Assembly (NCBI GenBank): GCA_030704615.1 | Contig: CM060731.1 | Span: 46,562,001-46,626,000 of the forward strand | Source: Takakia lepidozioides | Lineage: Eukaryota; Plantae; Bryophyta | Direction of reading: 5' to 3' | DNA length: 64,000 nucleotides | Part shown: piece by piece, positions 52,001 through 63,962 of the stretch | Layout of the letters: each line of letters opens with the position of its first letter | How positions within the stretch are numbered: position 1 is the stretch's first letter | Made by a program: the position numbers and the translations under genes | Notes under the pieces: model-generated | Seen by the model: only the letters and a program-made list of their open reading frames with translations | The model's database searches: none | Told to the model about the DNA's origin: nothing

Positions 52001-53530
52001 TGGCTCAAGGTTTTCAATGATCTGGATCAACAAGAAAACATGCAAACACGTCAATGACACTCGCGCACACAAGAAATTCAAACAGAACAGCGCACACACA
52101 TTTCAAGCTCTGTGATCAAACCAACCTTTAGTGCAACCTCTGACAAGAAGTCCGTTTTGTTGCAAGACTGACACTGAAGAAGGGCATCATGAAGCACATT
52201 TCTAGTCCAGGGAAGGTGTTAAAAGCTGTTTGTTACCCAGCATTGGCCAGGGCTCCACCCCTATTGCTTACCCTGTGTGTTGCAACAAAGAATACAGAGA
52301 TAACTCATGTTGGAATTCAAGATTGAGTTCTAGGTCATGCTCATTGCCAGCTCTGTCAAAATATTGATTGGAAGGGGTATCAGGGAATTGTATGAGCTTC
52401 AAAACAGGGGCATTCAAGACATGTGGCTCTATTTGAGTTACACCGGGTTATCGTATGCATTGGCCATAGGTCGAACAGTATAATGTAGCACCAGGGGAAT
52501 TCCATAGGGCATTAAAAGGAACAAAGTAAAAAGTGGACTGTGCCAGTTGTGCAACACAGTAGATTCCACGACCTCAGTATAAGCAATGGAGCTTCACAGT
52601 GCACTGCAACAGTCTACTGTAGCAGGATTTCCAATCCAGAACCCTAAATAACTGCATATAGAAATGACAGCTTGTAATGGGCAAACAATCCAGGATTAAA
52701 CTGGCATTGTATTGGAAATCCACTAAAAAGTTAATTCCCAGACCAACTATCTCCAGAACTGTCTAATACACTTACAGCCTTCTGACTTAATGGAACCTTC
52801 TGTGGCATTGTACAAATCGGCCAACAATCTGCAGCAACTTTCTGCATGGCAAGCAACTTTCATGGCTGATTACTGAACATAATTTGCCTTGCTATGTTTG
52901 AAAATTTGTTGAAAAGCATTCTTCTACAATATACTGAAATGGACCATCAAGAATCCATCATTTCTGCCCTACATTCATATGATGACCACCAATGCATCCC
53001 CAATGGCAATCGTGAGGAGCGAGTGTCTCAGGGTTCCCTGAAGGGGACCAAACAGTTGCCACATCACCAATTTTGAGTCCGGGCTTGCTGCATATGCAAT
53101 CTTGCAGTGTGACCAGCACCCGAATCCAAGCAAATTCTGACATACCCTGCGCTTTAATCTGAACAGCGTTCACCGACCAGTCTCTGCGGAGCTTGACACT
53201 CTCACCAATTCTATAGAGAATTTGCAACGAAGAGTCTACCGGGACTTTCCGGTTAGAATGCACTTAGGTGAAGTTCCTCACAAATTTGGGCATAAAGCGG
53301 CATATCTCTTCAAGATTCAAGATATAGCTAGGTGGCTTCATTCAGAGATTTCCTTCAATTTCCACCTGCATCAATTAAGAATGAAATTCGAATCACAGAT
53401 TTTTCTCATCCGCTCTCTCCAAAAACGCTCAAATCACACAATCTGTGTTCTCCCAAGCAACCAGAACATGAGTGCAGACGCCTTACTCTTTGGCGATTCC
53501 CAGAACTTTATCGACTATTCTCTGCATCAT
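46097..53530 (-). CDS. Alpha/beta-hydrolase lipase (AB-hydrolase lipase family, similar to Arabidopsis At1g73920/At1g18460), about 10 exons
   Basis: Exon 1: MMQRIVDKVLGIAKE (ATG at 53530). Approximate further exons: 51848-52022 (GWELHPTFRAPRLPRWM), 51296-51529, 50654-50845 (DRRRGIIE), 49930-50198 (NTDGRTCQDII), 48841-48910 (YPYEALQVTTADGYVLLLERIP), 48387-48444 (LQHGLLDSS), 47934-47984, 47320-47395 (GYDVFLGNLRG) and 46097-47215 (nucleophile motif AHSLGG, YAHLDFTF). Confidence 0.93.
49056..49613 (+). mobile_element. Truncated copy 5 of the LINE family (lipase intron, antisense to host)
   Basis: Colinear with copies 1 and 2 from AATGAAGTTAGG..AAAACTTCCCTGAAC to ...AACAACGTCTTATGAGTACAT, followed by TCTCTATC. 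Confidence 0.9.
49645..49770 (+). mobile_element. Short diverged 3'-end copy 6 of the LINE family
   Basis: CAAGGTAATTCCCACTAC...CAAACTGGGCACGGGATCTATGGCCCCAAGGCTACAG...GCGAGTACAT, followed by TTCTCTCT. Confidence 0.8.
50277..50310 (+). mobile_element. Minimal 3'-end remnant, copy 7 of the LINE family
   Basis: GGGTCTGTGGCCAC...AAGAGTACAT between TSD-like TCTCTATAAGCCGTAA (50261-50276) and TCTCTAAGCCCTAA (50311-50324). Confidence 0.55.
50898..51078 (-). mobile_element. Truncated copy 8 of the LINE family (lipase intron)
   Basis: KGFLEEIWKART..GIHGHMVTANYVS*. 13-bp TSD CCAAAGCGAGAGA (50885-50897) / CCAAAGTGAGAGA (51079-51091). Confidence 0.88.
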
Positions 53531-54233
53531 GCCCCGACCGATCATAGCCTCCCACCTCCAAACTTAACACCACATGCCCTACCAGCAGCAGCGACGCCTT
53601 GCAAACCTAAGCTTATCCGATGCAACAGCACAGAGAGAGGATGCCGAAGAAACACATTGACGCACGCACAAGAAAAACCGATACACAGCAAATTACGCAA
53701 GAAGGAAGCTGATACACGTGGCTGCAGAATGTCAATACAACACACTCTACAATTGGCAGATGGCTCAAAAGCAGACAGAGTAAAAACGAAGGAGACGACA
53801 GCGTCACTGGCATTGAATGAATGTCGGCGCCACCGCCGTTCATTCATACCTCCATCCGGTTGATTCACACTTACAGTAGAGTATTCTATAAAGATGCACT
53901 AGCAGGTAAATATTTCAGTAATAAAGCATACTTAGATAACCCAAGCCTGAAGTTAGGGCTTGGCAGTGAACTGCACGCAAGATACGTGACGAGAATATCG
54001 AGGGGAAGACAACTCCTTTATACTTAAGTTATACCTGCTTTACTCCATCCCTATTATTACTATTATTATTTACTTTTACTTTTACTTTTTATTTTTTTTA
54101 AGATAAACCTTTGCGATTTTTTATTTTTTTCAGTGAACAAGGGACTGAGGCCCAGATTAAAACATTTTTTATATTTTGTTTTATTTTTTAAGTTGAAAAG
54201 GGAGGAAGCCCTTTAGAGTTTTATTAATAATTA

Positions 54234-54790
54234 CTAGGGTAGCCTGTACCGTTGGCCCAAGTGCAATATCTTACGTATCCAAGTGCGAGTGTGTGCTATG
54301 TCCAAGTGCAATCTCCTATGTATCCAAGTACGTCTCCCATGTCCAAGCCCAAGTGCGACCTCTAGGGTAGCCTTCGTCGTTGGCCCATGTGTGAAAAATT
54401 GAAATCTAAGACCAAGTGCAATTTCCTATGTATCCTTGTGCGTCTCCTATGTCGAGGCCCATCTAAGCCCAAGTGCAATCTCCTATGTATCCAAGTGCAT
54501 CTCCCATGTACAAGCTCAAGTGTCCACTGTCATCTAAGCCCAAGTGCGATATCCTATGTATCCAAGGGCGTCTCCCATGTGCGTCTACTATGTCGAGGCC
54601 CATCTAAGCCTAGTGTGCAATCTCCTATGTATCCAAGTATGTCTCCGATGTCAAGGCCCCATTTATTTTTTTCATGAATTTATTGAGTAATAATATCCGG
54701 TCATTATTGATATGTCTCCCGTCGCTAGGGTAGCCTATGCCATTGGCCCAAGTGTCCAATGTCATCCAAGTCCAAATGCATTTTTTTCCA
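54234..54790. repeat. Degenerate tandem repeat (CCAAGTGCAATCTCCTATGTATCCAAG units), possibly a Helitron 3' end on the minus strand
   Basis: More than 10 CCAAG(T/G)G motifs. Higher-order units begin CTAGGGTAGCC..TTGGCCCA at 54234, 54362 and 54725. Confidence 0.7.
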
Positions 54791-55559
54791 CATAGCCTAC
54801 GACCAGATTTGAACCGGAGACCTTTCCCTTAATATCTCTCATGTTGAGGCTCCAACCATTGTCCAGGAATGCCCTACGTTGCAAATTTTCGTGAATTTCC
54901 AGCGACCAAAAGTACTTGAAATTCCACATAGCCCACACCGCAAGTCCAAAATTCGTGAGACCAAGCCCGTGCAGCCCTCCTTGTCGAGGGCTTTCCAACG
55001 GGACTAAGCATTCAGGGTGGGGCCCCACAGTTTGGGACATCTCAAATCTACAAAACAAAAGAAACAAAACAGAACAAAAAAAACGTCTCGCTTCATATAT
55101 TGATTTGAAGGGAAAAAACTTCAAAACCCTTTCATGTCCGTAGACTGCTATGAGGCAAAAACTCAAAGGAACCGTGACAGATGACCCGAGGAACAGTAGT
55201 GAGTGTTCTGGAAAGAGTACCAAATGGGCACAAAATGTAGCCTCATGCCTGGCAAAAGTATCAGTCCTAATTGCATGGCTGAGCTGCTGGAACAGTCTAG
55301 GAGAAGTCTAAGTTTAGGGCAGACAAAATGAGCAATATAGCCAATGCAAGATGTAATATTGAGAAGAGAGTTAAAGTGTCCGCCTAAGTATTTTTAAATT
55401 CTGAAGTCTATGAAGAAGAAAGAAAGGTATTGGAGCAATAACATCACGAGAGAAAGATTGAAGGTCAATAGGAATTAGAGAGAGAGATAACACTTATGAC
55501 AAACAGAAGAGGAAGATACTACCTATGGTAGTGGAGTATCGTTTTCGCTCCCCCCTTGA

Positions 55560-56830
55560 TGTGTTTCCAATTAACGTCCGGCATGTCGAACTTTGGGGAC
55601 ACCGAAGAGGATGGCCCAATGGTGTTGCCACAACGCGGGAATTCGCTCAGGCTAGAGACAGGAGTGTGCCTTAATACAACTGCATATGATCCCCTGTTTT
55701 TCCCATGTTGCTCTGAAGGTGGCGAGGAGGGACTGCTGACAATTTGGAGTTTTTTCGATTCCTACACACAAAACCAACCAAGCTTTCTTAGCAGCCACTG
55801 TAAGATCAAATAACACCAAAGTCTCGCTTTATCCATGACACATTTGCATATTTGTGCTTTCCGTAGATGCCACAGCGTGGATCCCATCAACACTTCAAAG
55901 ACCGAGTAGATTGAGGCATTGGTTTTAACATCTTGCTTGTAATTAAGTAGAAGGGTCACATGATCATCTTGAATGTGGTCCCAAACCCTGTACAAGTCGA
56001 GGATCAGTGGCCAGTATACCAGTCTTGTGGCCAAATTTTCATTGGACACAGTCCCTGGACAAACATACAAAGACAGACATCAAACCGGACATGCAGAGTA
56101 TGCACCGTAAGTTGTGCAAACAGTACAAAGATGCCAAAACTATGGGGGAGGCGAATACATTGTTTCAGACAATTCATGCCTGGTGGTACTCATTTGCAGC
56201 GGCATAAGAAGACAGCATGAGAGCGCTGGAAGACTGGTTCGCATTTTGGCACTTCCGATACAGACAGTGGGAAGCGGCCATGACAACGGTACGTGATTTC
56301 CATTGGTATTCCTTTCGGTCCATTCAAGTTGTCTTTCAGTCTCCCAATCCTTAAATCTGAAATGTGTTTTTCCACTTTGCAGCACATGTCCATTGAGGAG
56401 ATGACAGACATGCCATCTTGCAATCTTGCGGAGAGAGTGCACAATGTTTGCTTGCAGCAGTCTGGAAAAAGGGGAAGAGATTTGTATGCGGCCACGGCCG
56501 ATGACCTCACGCGTGTTCTCCATCAACAAACCAGATACAGATCATTCTTGAGGGGTGGGGTGGGTGGCAAAGGCCCCGACAAGAACAAGTTGATGTTGCG
56601 GGTTGCAAGAAGATCGGGGGATCCCAGCAAAATAACAAGGGCAATAAACATATGTGCAGATGGCACCCCTCTCGTGTCTAGAGTTCCTCATCTGGAAGGC
56701 AAAGAGAGATTCGGGTCAGCCTTCCAGAACCTCCTCCACTTCGAAGATGACCGAGGCCAGCAGTAAACCAAATCGACACCTCAAGAGTTTGTTAGTAAAC
56801 CGAACACCTCCGTCCTTGGCATGTACCTTT
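55560..56830 (-). mobile_element. Decayed L1-type LINE 3' portion
   Basis: Minus-strand fragments KWRRFWKAD, KGFLWKL and STLWHLRKA resemble the zf-RVT/C-terminal region of plant L1 ORF2. Many stops. Confidence 0.45.
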
Positions 56831-57639
56831 ATGGAAGTCTTGTTGGGGGGGGGGGGGGGGGGGGAACGGCACTCTAACAAACTAAGACATCTTCAGCGGA
56901 ATAGGAGGCGAGTAGACAGAAACTTTCTCATTCCCTCTTAGGAATGCATGACAAATTGCCCCACTTTGAGAACTCTGTTAGCCACTTGCCAAAGGAAAAG
57001 CACTTATCTTGGAAGGTTTGGATTTCTCCGAGACCCCGTCCGTGAGACTTGCAACACAATTTGATTGAGCCTGTCTGAGTACCCATTTTTTCCCAATAAA
57101 ATAAAACCACTTTATTCTTTTATTTCCGTGGATCGGAAAGAGCTCAAAGCCCCATACTACTTTCTTCGCATTAGGAAGGGAAAAATTAAACCACGATACA
57201 CCATAAGGCCAATGAGAGATGACCCCTCCAGAAAAAAAAAAACATAAAAAAGAACACGAGAAGCCCACTTAGAAACCCACTTTTGTTAAAATAAAAAGGG
57301 GACAGGCGCCTTGTTATTCATATTAAAAGGGCTCATTGGAAAATTAATCACGGCAGTTAGTCGGCCATACTAAGGCTAACATTTTTATTTATTTTCTTAA
57401 GAAGAGGAATGGCAGCCTCAAAACTTTATAGAATAAGGACTTAAATGTCCAAGACATACAAGAGGAAAAAGTAACCTCTAGGAGAGTGCCATGGCTGATA
57501 AAGGAAGGCCTAACATCAGATATCAAAATCAAAAAATCAATGTCAATATATATATAACTTTGACAGCTCACAATACAGGAGCTGGGGGAAAATAACCATG
57601 AGCCATACCGTATACCAGATAATAAGCTACAACATCCCA

Positions 57640-57690
57640 CAAGGTGGCAGGATTCGAACCCCGAGTCACCTGGATGCCACACCGGTTACT
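57640..57690 (-). mobile_element. tRNA-derived SINE fragment
   Basis: Perfect B box GGTTCGAATCC on the minus strand, in a segment similar to the head of the 58603-58846 element. Confidence 0.45.
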
Positions 57691-58602
57691 ATAAATATAA
57701 TCGTGAAGCCTTTCCAGGCCGGAATCCCACTGGATCCAGGATCAAGTTACGGCAGGATCAACTTAGCATCCGCGCCGTCCAATCTTGTGAGATGGATCGG
57801 AATAAGGGAAAAAACAATGCGGAGCCTGACAGACCAATGGGAGCAGCGCTCTACTGGACCCCTGCTCTAGGGAACCTAAAGGTCAGGCTAAGGCTAAAGA
57901 TAAAGATAAAGTTTGTCTTAATTCTCACCTACATGACCGACAAGTTGCACGATGTTGAGCCATCCACATGGAGTCAACACGCCACCCCGATTGTACCACG
58001 AGGCACCTAGCTGGTGCGACAAGTGACGAATCCGGAGGTCGCCACGTGCAGAACTCACATGTCCTTACAAGTGTCTGCGAAATGAGAAATGGATGAGATC
58101 ATCCAGAGCTGAGTGCAGTAGTTCATCCATGATTTGCCCAGTGGCCTGGCATGATCGGATGAAATTTGTTCATCCTGCGCTTTTGCACCCCTCATCCCGG
58201 CCACATAGGGTATCCATTGCACCTGACTTCGGCTGACAACTAAGATTCTACATATTCTGGGTTACTGTTGGGCATATTCTGGGAAAAATACTTTCTGGCC
58301 TGGAATATTGCAAGTAATAGCCTATCAGCAGGTGTAACTAAAAATGCATGTTAAGGTAACTAACCTCAACACCCCACCTAAAACCGTCACCTAAGGCTCC
58401 CATTTCCAACATCAAACCATTGCAACTTCATCCGTCAGATCATGATGTCCCAGATACACGCAAAACACATGTTTAGACATCATTGGATGAGGAATCGTAG
58501 ATGGATGACAGGAATGGGCGAGTGTGCGGATGGGAATGGGTGAGTCTGCTGACATGAATAGGTGAGCGTACTAGCCGCTTGTTTTTCTCCCCAAGCCCTA
58601 GG

Positions 58603-58846
58603 TTTTTATTTTATTTATTTTATTTTTGAAAAAGAAAAACACCTGGGGGCAACAGATCACAAATCAGGCCCCTTAATAGTGAGAGGAGAAAATAACCTCT
58701 TTCATTTATGTGCCATGGAAACGAACAAGTGGACACCGCCCAGGGAAGGAGGGGGAGAAGAAAATACCACACCCGTCAAGTAGCAAGATTTGACCCCAGA
58801 ATCATCTGGGTGGCACTCAATGCACTTAACCAACTGAGCTACTGAC
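58603..58846 (-). mobile_element. tRNA-derived SINE
   Basis: Minus strand: A box TAGCTCAGTTGG, B-box-like GGGTCAAATC, about 150 bp of body and an A-rich tail (plus-strand TTTTTATTTTATTTATTTTATTTTT at 58603-58628). Confidence 0.65.
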
Positions 58847-59650
58847 TGTTGATTTTTTCCCTGATAATTCCAAATAAAGTTTCTTTCAGGGCCACTGTAA
58901 GGGCCTATTTTAAGACATCTGAAAAATATTTGTCCTTGCCCATACGTAATTCCCCTGGTCAGTGTGTGCGATGCAACAGTTCAAACGACATTGCAGGAAA
59001 GAGTATGAATTTTGACCAATTGGCGGACTCAGATTTTAGATTTTGTGAGTTTTCGGGCCCACATCTCCAAATGCTGACTCGCTGAGTGGACGGGTCAATG
59101 CTTGCCAAATATTCCAGGTGCCTGCACCTTACACCTTCCAAAAATCCTAGGGTAGGGCATTCTATGTTTTCATGAGCTGTAAATTGCATACGCGTCTAAT
59201 GTTAATAGATGAATGTCATCCAAACTCATCCACGGAAGTTATGTTCTGGATGAAAAGTCATGCGACCTCGTAGGCAATTAAGGGTTTACTAGTGAAGGTA
59301 CATGAGGAGAAACCACCATTCCATGGTCTTTGGAGGGCCAATAAACACCGCCAAAAGGACATTGTTATGGACTTGTCACTATTGTGTTGGTAAGTGCACT
59401 TCGGCAAGAATCTTTTTGTATTTGTAACAGCCATGCCAGGACATTTGAGGCAACTATTTCCTCGTGAATTCAACACAATCTCCTTTTCTTTCTTCTAATA
59501 ACATTTTATCTACAGTTGCGAAGGTGCCCACAATTTAAGGTGACTCTCATGACTTGCATGTCCTTAAGCCCCCAAGGAACTTAGAGGGTACGTCTTTCCT
59601 ATAGGATTTCTAGAAGAAAAACACCAAACAATGCACCAAAATAACGATTA

Positions 59651-61396
59651 CTTGCAAGGCTCTTGGTATAAAAAAGAATGAATGCCAACTGGAAACATAA
59701 GCCATAATATACGATGAGTATTACGCGGGATCAGCATGAACGACAATGTAACTTCCGAAAGGTAGCACATCAGCACTATGTGACATGTAACATGAACAGC
59801 AGAACTAATTGCTTTGACATTGATTTATTCACTAAACTACTCGGAATATCTCACTGTATTATCTGTAATTCCAACACTGTCACTCACTGGATATCCTAAG
59901 AATTTTGTAAAGACTTCAGTAAGGATTAGTACATATTGTTCTTTATGCTTCTAGGTTAAGTTACTCCAAGCGGTTCCTTTAGGTATGTTTGTTTTATTCT
60001 CTCATTTACTTGTAACTCATGTCGATTCTAGCGATTTGACAGATTTGAGAGATAGATTATTTTTTTCAAATCTTCAAATATCAGTCCAAAAAAAAAGTGT
60101 CTTGAATGTAGAGCTGATCGTTACAAGCGAGTGGGCACATGCCGCCGATCGTCTCAGCGATGGCAAACTCCTCGTTGATTTATTAGGTGATGATGATGCT
60201 CACAACCTCACACCATCTGCAAACCATCAAGTTCTAGATTTCTATGCGTCTGAATGTGATACGTCCGAATGTTTCATAGATTTCTGTACTTCTAAAAGTA
60301 CCTGAAATTACTCTGTGTCCACCACCAAACCACAAACTACAAACTACAAACCACAACTGTTGGTCACAACTTGCAAAGTGGCTCCTCTCACACACCACCT
60401 TCTCCTCCCCTCCCATCCCATGTGCTTCCTACATACCGTAATTCTCATATCCTCAAAACTGAATTCGACGATAATACCCCAAGACTTCAAACTCCTCAAA
60501 GATGACGCTTGAACATGATGCGTCAACTGATGCAATTCTCCTACAAATTCAGAAGCAATCCCTACCAGAAAACTCCTCCCAGGCATCGAGGGCAGATTCA
60601 TTCCAGGCGCTAAAATTCACATTACACTAAAAACGAACCAGAATTTTATTTATGCATTTTGATCCAATCTTCACAAAATCACGATCCAATTATTTAACCT
60701 TATCGCACAGAAAAGAATCTTTACACTACCAATACAGAGTCTACACAAATAGTACTCACTTTCTACAATCGCATCACATCATCCCTGCTTCAGACACTTC
60801 GCTTCCTCTAGAGCTCTGCTTCGGACACTTTGCTTCCTCTAGACCTTTGCTTCCGACACTTCACTTCACACCAAATTCACGGAGGATGATCTCACGATTG
60901 ACGATGAAGCGGAGTTGGATTAGAAACATCTTTAGCAATTGAGGGTGGGCCTTCACCATGCGCTCACAATGCTTGCAGGACTCTTCAAGGCCTGCCGTCT
61001 CGTTGAGGTGAGCGGTTTTGTTCCGCTGGTTTATACAAAGATCGCCATTCTTCACGGAATTCTTCATAGACATCCCAAGCGATGCAGCGCATGTTACAAC
61101 GGTGGGATGCTCCTGGTTGAGCTCGAACCTCCTGTTTTTCCGAACATTTTTTATTTTTGGTACGACGGTGATGATTGTCGTCTTCATCATCTCCCCGGCC
61201 ACCTGCTTGATGAGCCTCTCCCCGTACATCTTGGCACACAACAACAATGCTTGCAAGGCTCCTAGTACAAAAAAGAATGAATGCCAAGTGCAAACATAAG
61301 CCTTAATATACGATGAGTATAACACGGGATCGGCATGAACGGGAATGTAACTTTCGAAATGTAGCACGTTGGCACTATGTGACATATAACATGAAC
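59651..61396. repeat. ~147-bp direct repeat pair (59651-59797 and 61250-61396)
   Basis: CTTGCAAGGCTC...AAAAAAGAATGAATGCCAA...TAATATACGATGAGTAT...GCACTATGTGACAT.TAACATGAAC occurs twice with scattered substitutions. Confidence 0.9.
60344..61261 (-). pseudogene. Unidentified spliced coding relic, probably part of the same mobile element as the ParB-like gene
   Basis: Acceptor-like TTTTTTGTACTAG precedes the open frame ALQALLLCAKMYGERLIKQVAGE...LKMFLIQLRFIVNREIILREFG. A second acceptor-like site precedes MNLPSMPGRSFLVGIASEF. No family recognised. Confidence 0.3.
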
Positions 61397-61426
61397 CGCC
61401 AATAATTTGGTAGAACTAATGTTCAG

Positions 61427-63962
61427 TTGGAACTTGGCTCTGACATGTTGAGCCCCTGTGAGATTAAATCTTTGAAGGATCTTCAAATAATGTACAATGT
61501 GATCTCTATGCCTGTTGTGCGTCCTCCACTTTCCCGTCACATTACAAAGTTGGAAACTGATTTCGTACATGGATACAGACTTGGTGCACAAGTTTTTTAT
61601 TTTTCACTGAAGGATACAAATGGGAAAAGCACAGAAGTTACTCCGGATATCACATACACATGGGATGAGTGCTGGAAAGATGTCAATGAGGAGTTCGAGC
61701 TCACACTCCTCATGGGAAATAACACACAACAATTTTGTAACCATATGTTCTATGTTTGGGACGGAAACCATCGTTTACTGGCATAGATGGGATACATACA
61801 GAAACATCATTCAAAAGACAAGGACAAGCATGTTGTAGTGGAGGCAATAGATCTGGATCCTGCGAAACTACATATCGAGGCTTCTTACAACTATGCACGA
61901 CGTGAACAAGTAAGACATCCTAGACACACCCTTCACGTTCAGCCCACTGCATGAAATCCATAAGTCTTATCCATGCAATGTTTTTACTCTTTTTGCACAT
62001 CGTCAGAGAAATCGCATGTGACACGAGCTTGGTTCACACACTTTTCCGGATTCAGAGAATTGGTTTGATGAAGCTTGATGATTTTCGCACAGTTCTCCAT
62101 CATGATGTAATCGAGCAGTACAAAACAGGGAAGGCTGCAAGGACTTGGTATTCTTTGACTCGAGATGCGTTTCTGGAGTACATGTATGCGGTATGGCCGA
62201 ACCTATACTCATTTTTCTTCTACAAAACATGTTTATAGTACTGTTTTGCTTATCCATTCTTTGTTATATGCAGCAAGAACTAGCAGAGGCCACTGAGAGG
62301 GGGAAATTTGAATAGCCATATTTTGGAGTCAGGTATGTATTATTTGAAATACCCGCTTTCATGCAATTATCCAATGACTTGGTGAAGTGCAAAACTGACT
62401 GATGTTCCCTTTACAGCCGGAGAAGCGCGCCATTCTTGTGCTCGAGCAGAATTTGAAGGACTTGAATATTTTGATTGTTTCCCGCCACAAATGACCTTGG
62501 AGGCGTACATCAGGAAGTGAAAAGGTCTCACTTGGCGATACTGTTTCTTCCGGGAGTTCTCGAAGGATGGTAACATATTACGGTCCAACAATTTTGATAG
62601 TCAAGTTGGGGGGGAGTGGGCCATGATGCGAGTTGTGTACATGTGCAGTGTCTTACTAAAAACTGTGTTGCCTCAATTTAGAGACCCTTAGGCTGTGTTA
62701 GCAATGTTCTTGACAAGAATTTGGTGATGATCGGTGCCGATCATCACTTCCATTATTGTGAGCTTCTTCAAAGAGAGACTTCATTCCCATAGCATATGAC
62801 ACTTTCAATTCCTCCATCCACACATAGGCGACTTGTTTGTAAACTGTAACCTGATGATCGGTGCCGATCATTGCATTCTGTAGTTCTGCTGTATGGATCC
62901 AAGGTACTGGTTTGCATATCCATGTTACGTGGTCTTTGTCAGGAATGTGATGATCGCCACCGATCATCGCAATTGGCTTCTTTATGAGTTAACGGTTTGG
63001 TTGGTTGGGTTTTGTTTTATGGTTCGCAGGTACACAAAATATGTGCTTATGGAAGGAAAACATCTTAGCAGTATCCCTGATTATCTAGACATGTGGTCGG
63101 ATCCTGGCAACGATCCAACCATGTACACAGTAAAGGATCTTGAGGGACTGGAGTCTTCAGGGACTGTGGTTGGTACCTAGACTGTCCTCCTGAGCACACA
63201 ACGTTTCAAGAGCAGCAGATGACATATTTGAACAATCATGCTGAGATGCCGGCACCTCTAAACGACGAGGAGTACCAAAAAACCATAGCAGCATTGGCCG
63301 CCAAGGAACCGCCGGACGCGCAGGAAACAACCCAGAAAGGCAAGAAGGGGGGGCACAAGAACAAAGACAAGGATGCAAAGGGTTCTGATGCACAACCAAG
63401 TCACCTGCGAAGAAAAGGATAAAGACAAGTCGAAGGAGAAGGAGAAGGAGAAGAAGAATGATAAGGACTTCACCGTCGGGAGATATACCCGCACTATTCA
63501 GTGCATTTTCGATCCCAGGCCACACCCTTCCCGTGCGGAGCAGGGGAGATTAAGATTGTCAATGAGGGATGGCTGGCGATGATGGAGAGTCGGAAAAAAA
63601 GATACTCGGGGGTGCCTAATTTGCCTACTTGGGATAACATGATCTCTTTCTTTAATCTGGTGGGAGTTTCCCTTTGTTTTCTGTGCATTTGTAAGTGTCA
63701 TTGTCAGTATTGATCTTTGTTTCTCTCCAAACATTCTTCTCCTTCGTTCTCAAATTGAACATGTCTGCCGCAGGTGAGCACTGGTCCCTCCTTCGTGTGC
63801 GGTGTGCAAAAATTGTTTGCTATTGACATGGTCATTCTTAACATCCCGGACGCCCAGGCTGTTCCAGACGTTCCTCCACAGGGCAAGACGCCAAGCTGAA
63901 ACAAATTCGATGACAACTACTGGAGTTGGGTGTTCGGGTTCTGCAATAATTTCCTTTGTGAC
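61427..63962 (+). pseudogene. Spliced, decayed gene: ParB/Srx-like (DGNHR) domain, Lys-rich linker, amino-methyltransferase-like segment
   Basis: VVRPPLSRHITKLETDFVHGY...MFYVWDGNHRLLA(W>stop). GT-AG introns at about 61910-62005, 62191-62273 and 62333-62416. K/E-rich stretch at 63330-63470. IDMVILNIPD...P(S)(W>stop)NKFDDNYWSWVFGFCNNFLCD at 63822-63962. Confidence 0.55.

Noticed and set aside
53222-53863. 213-aa plus-strand ORF
   Set aside because: Antisense to exon 1, intron 1 and the 5' region of the lipase gene, with no recognisable motif.
56844-56864. G homopolymer (about 21 nt) as a functional G-quadruplex
   Set aside because: It sits at the edge of a decayed LINE fragment and nothing supports a function.
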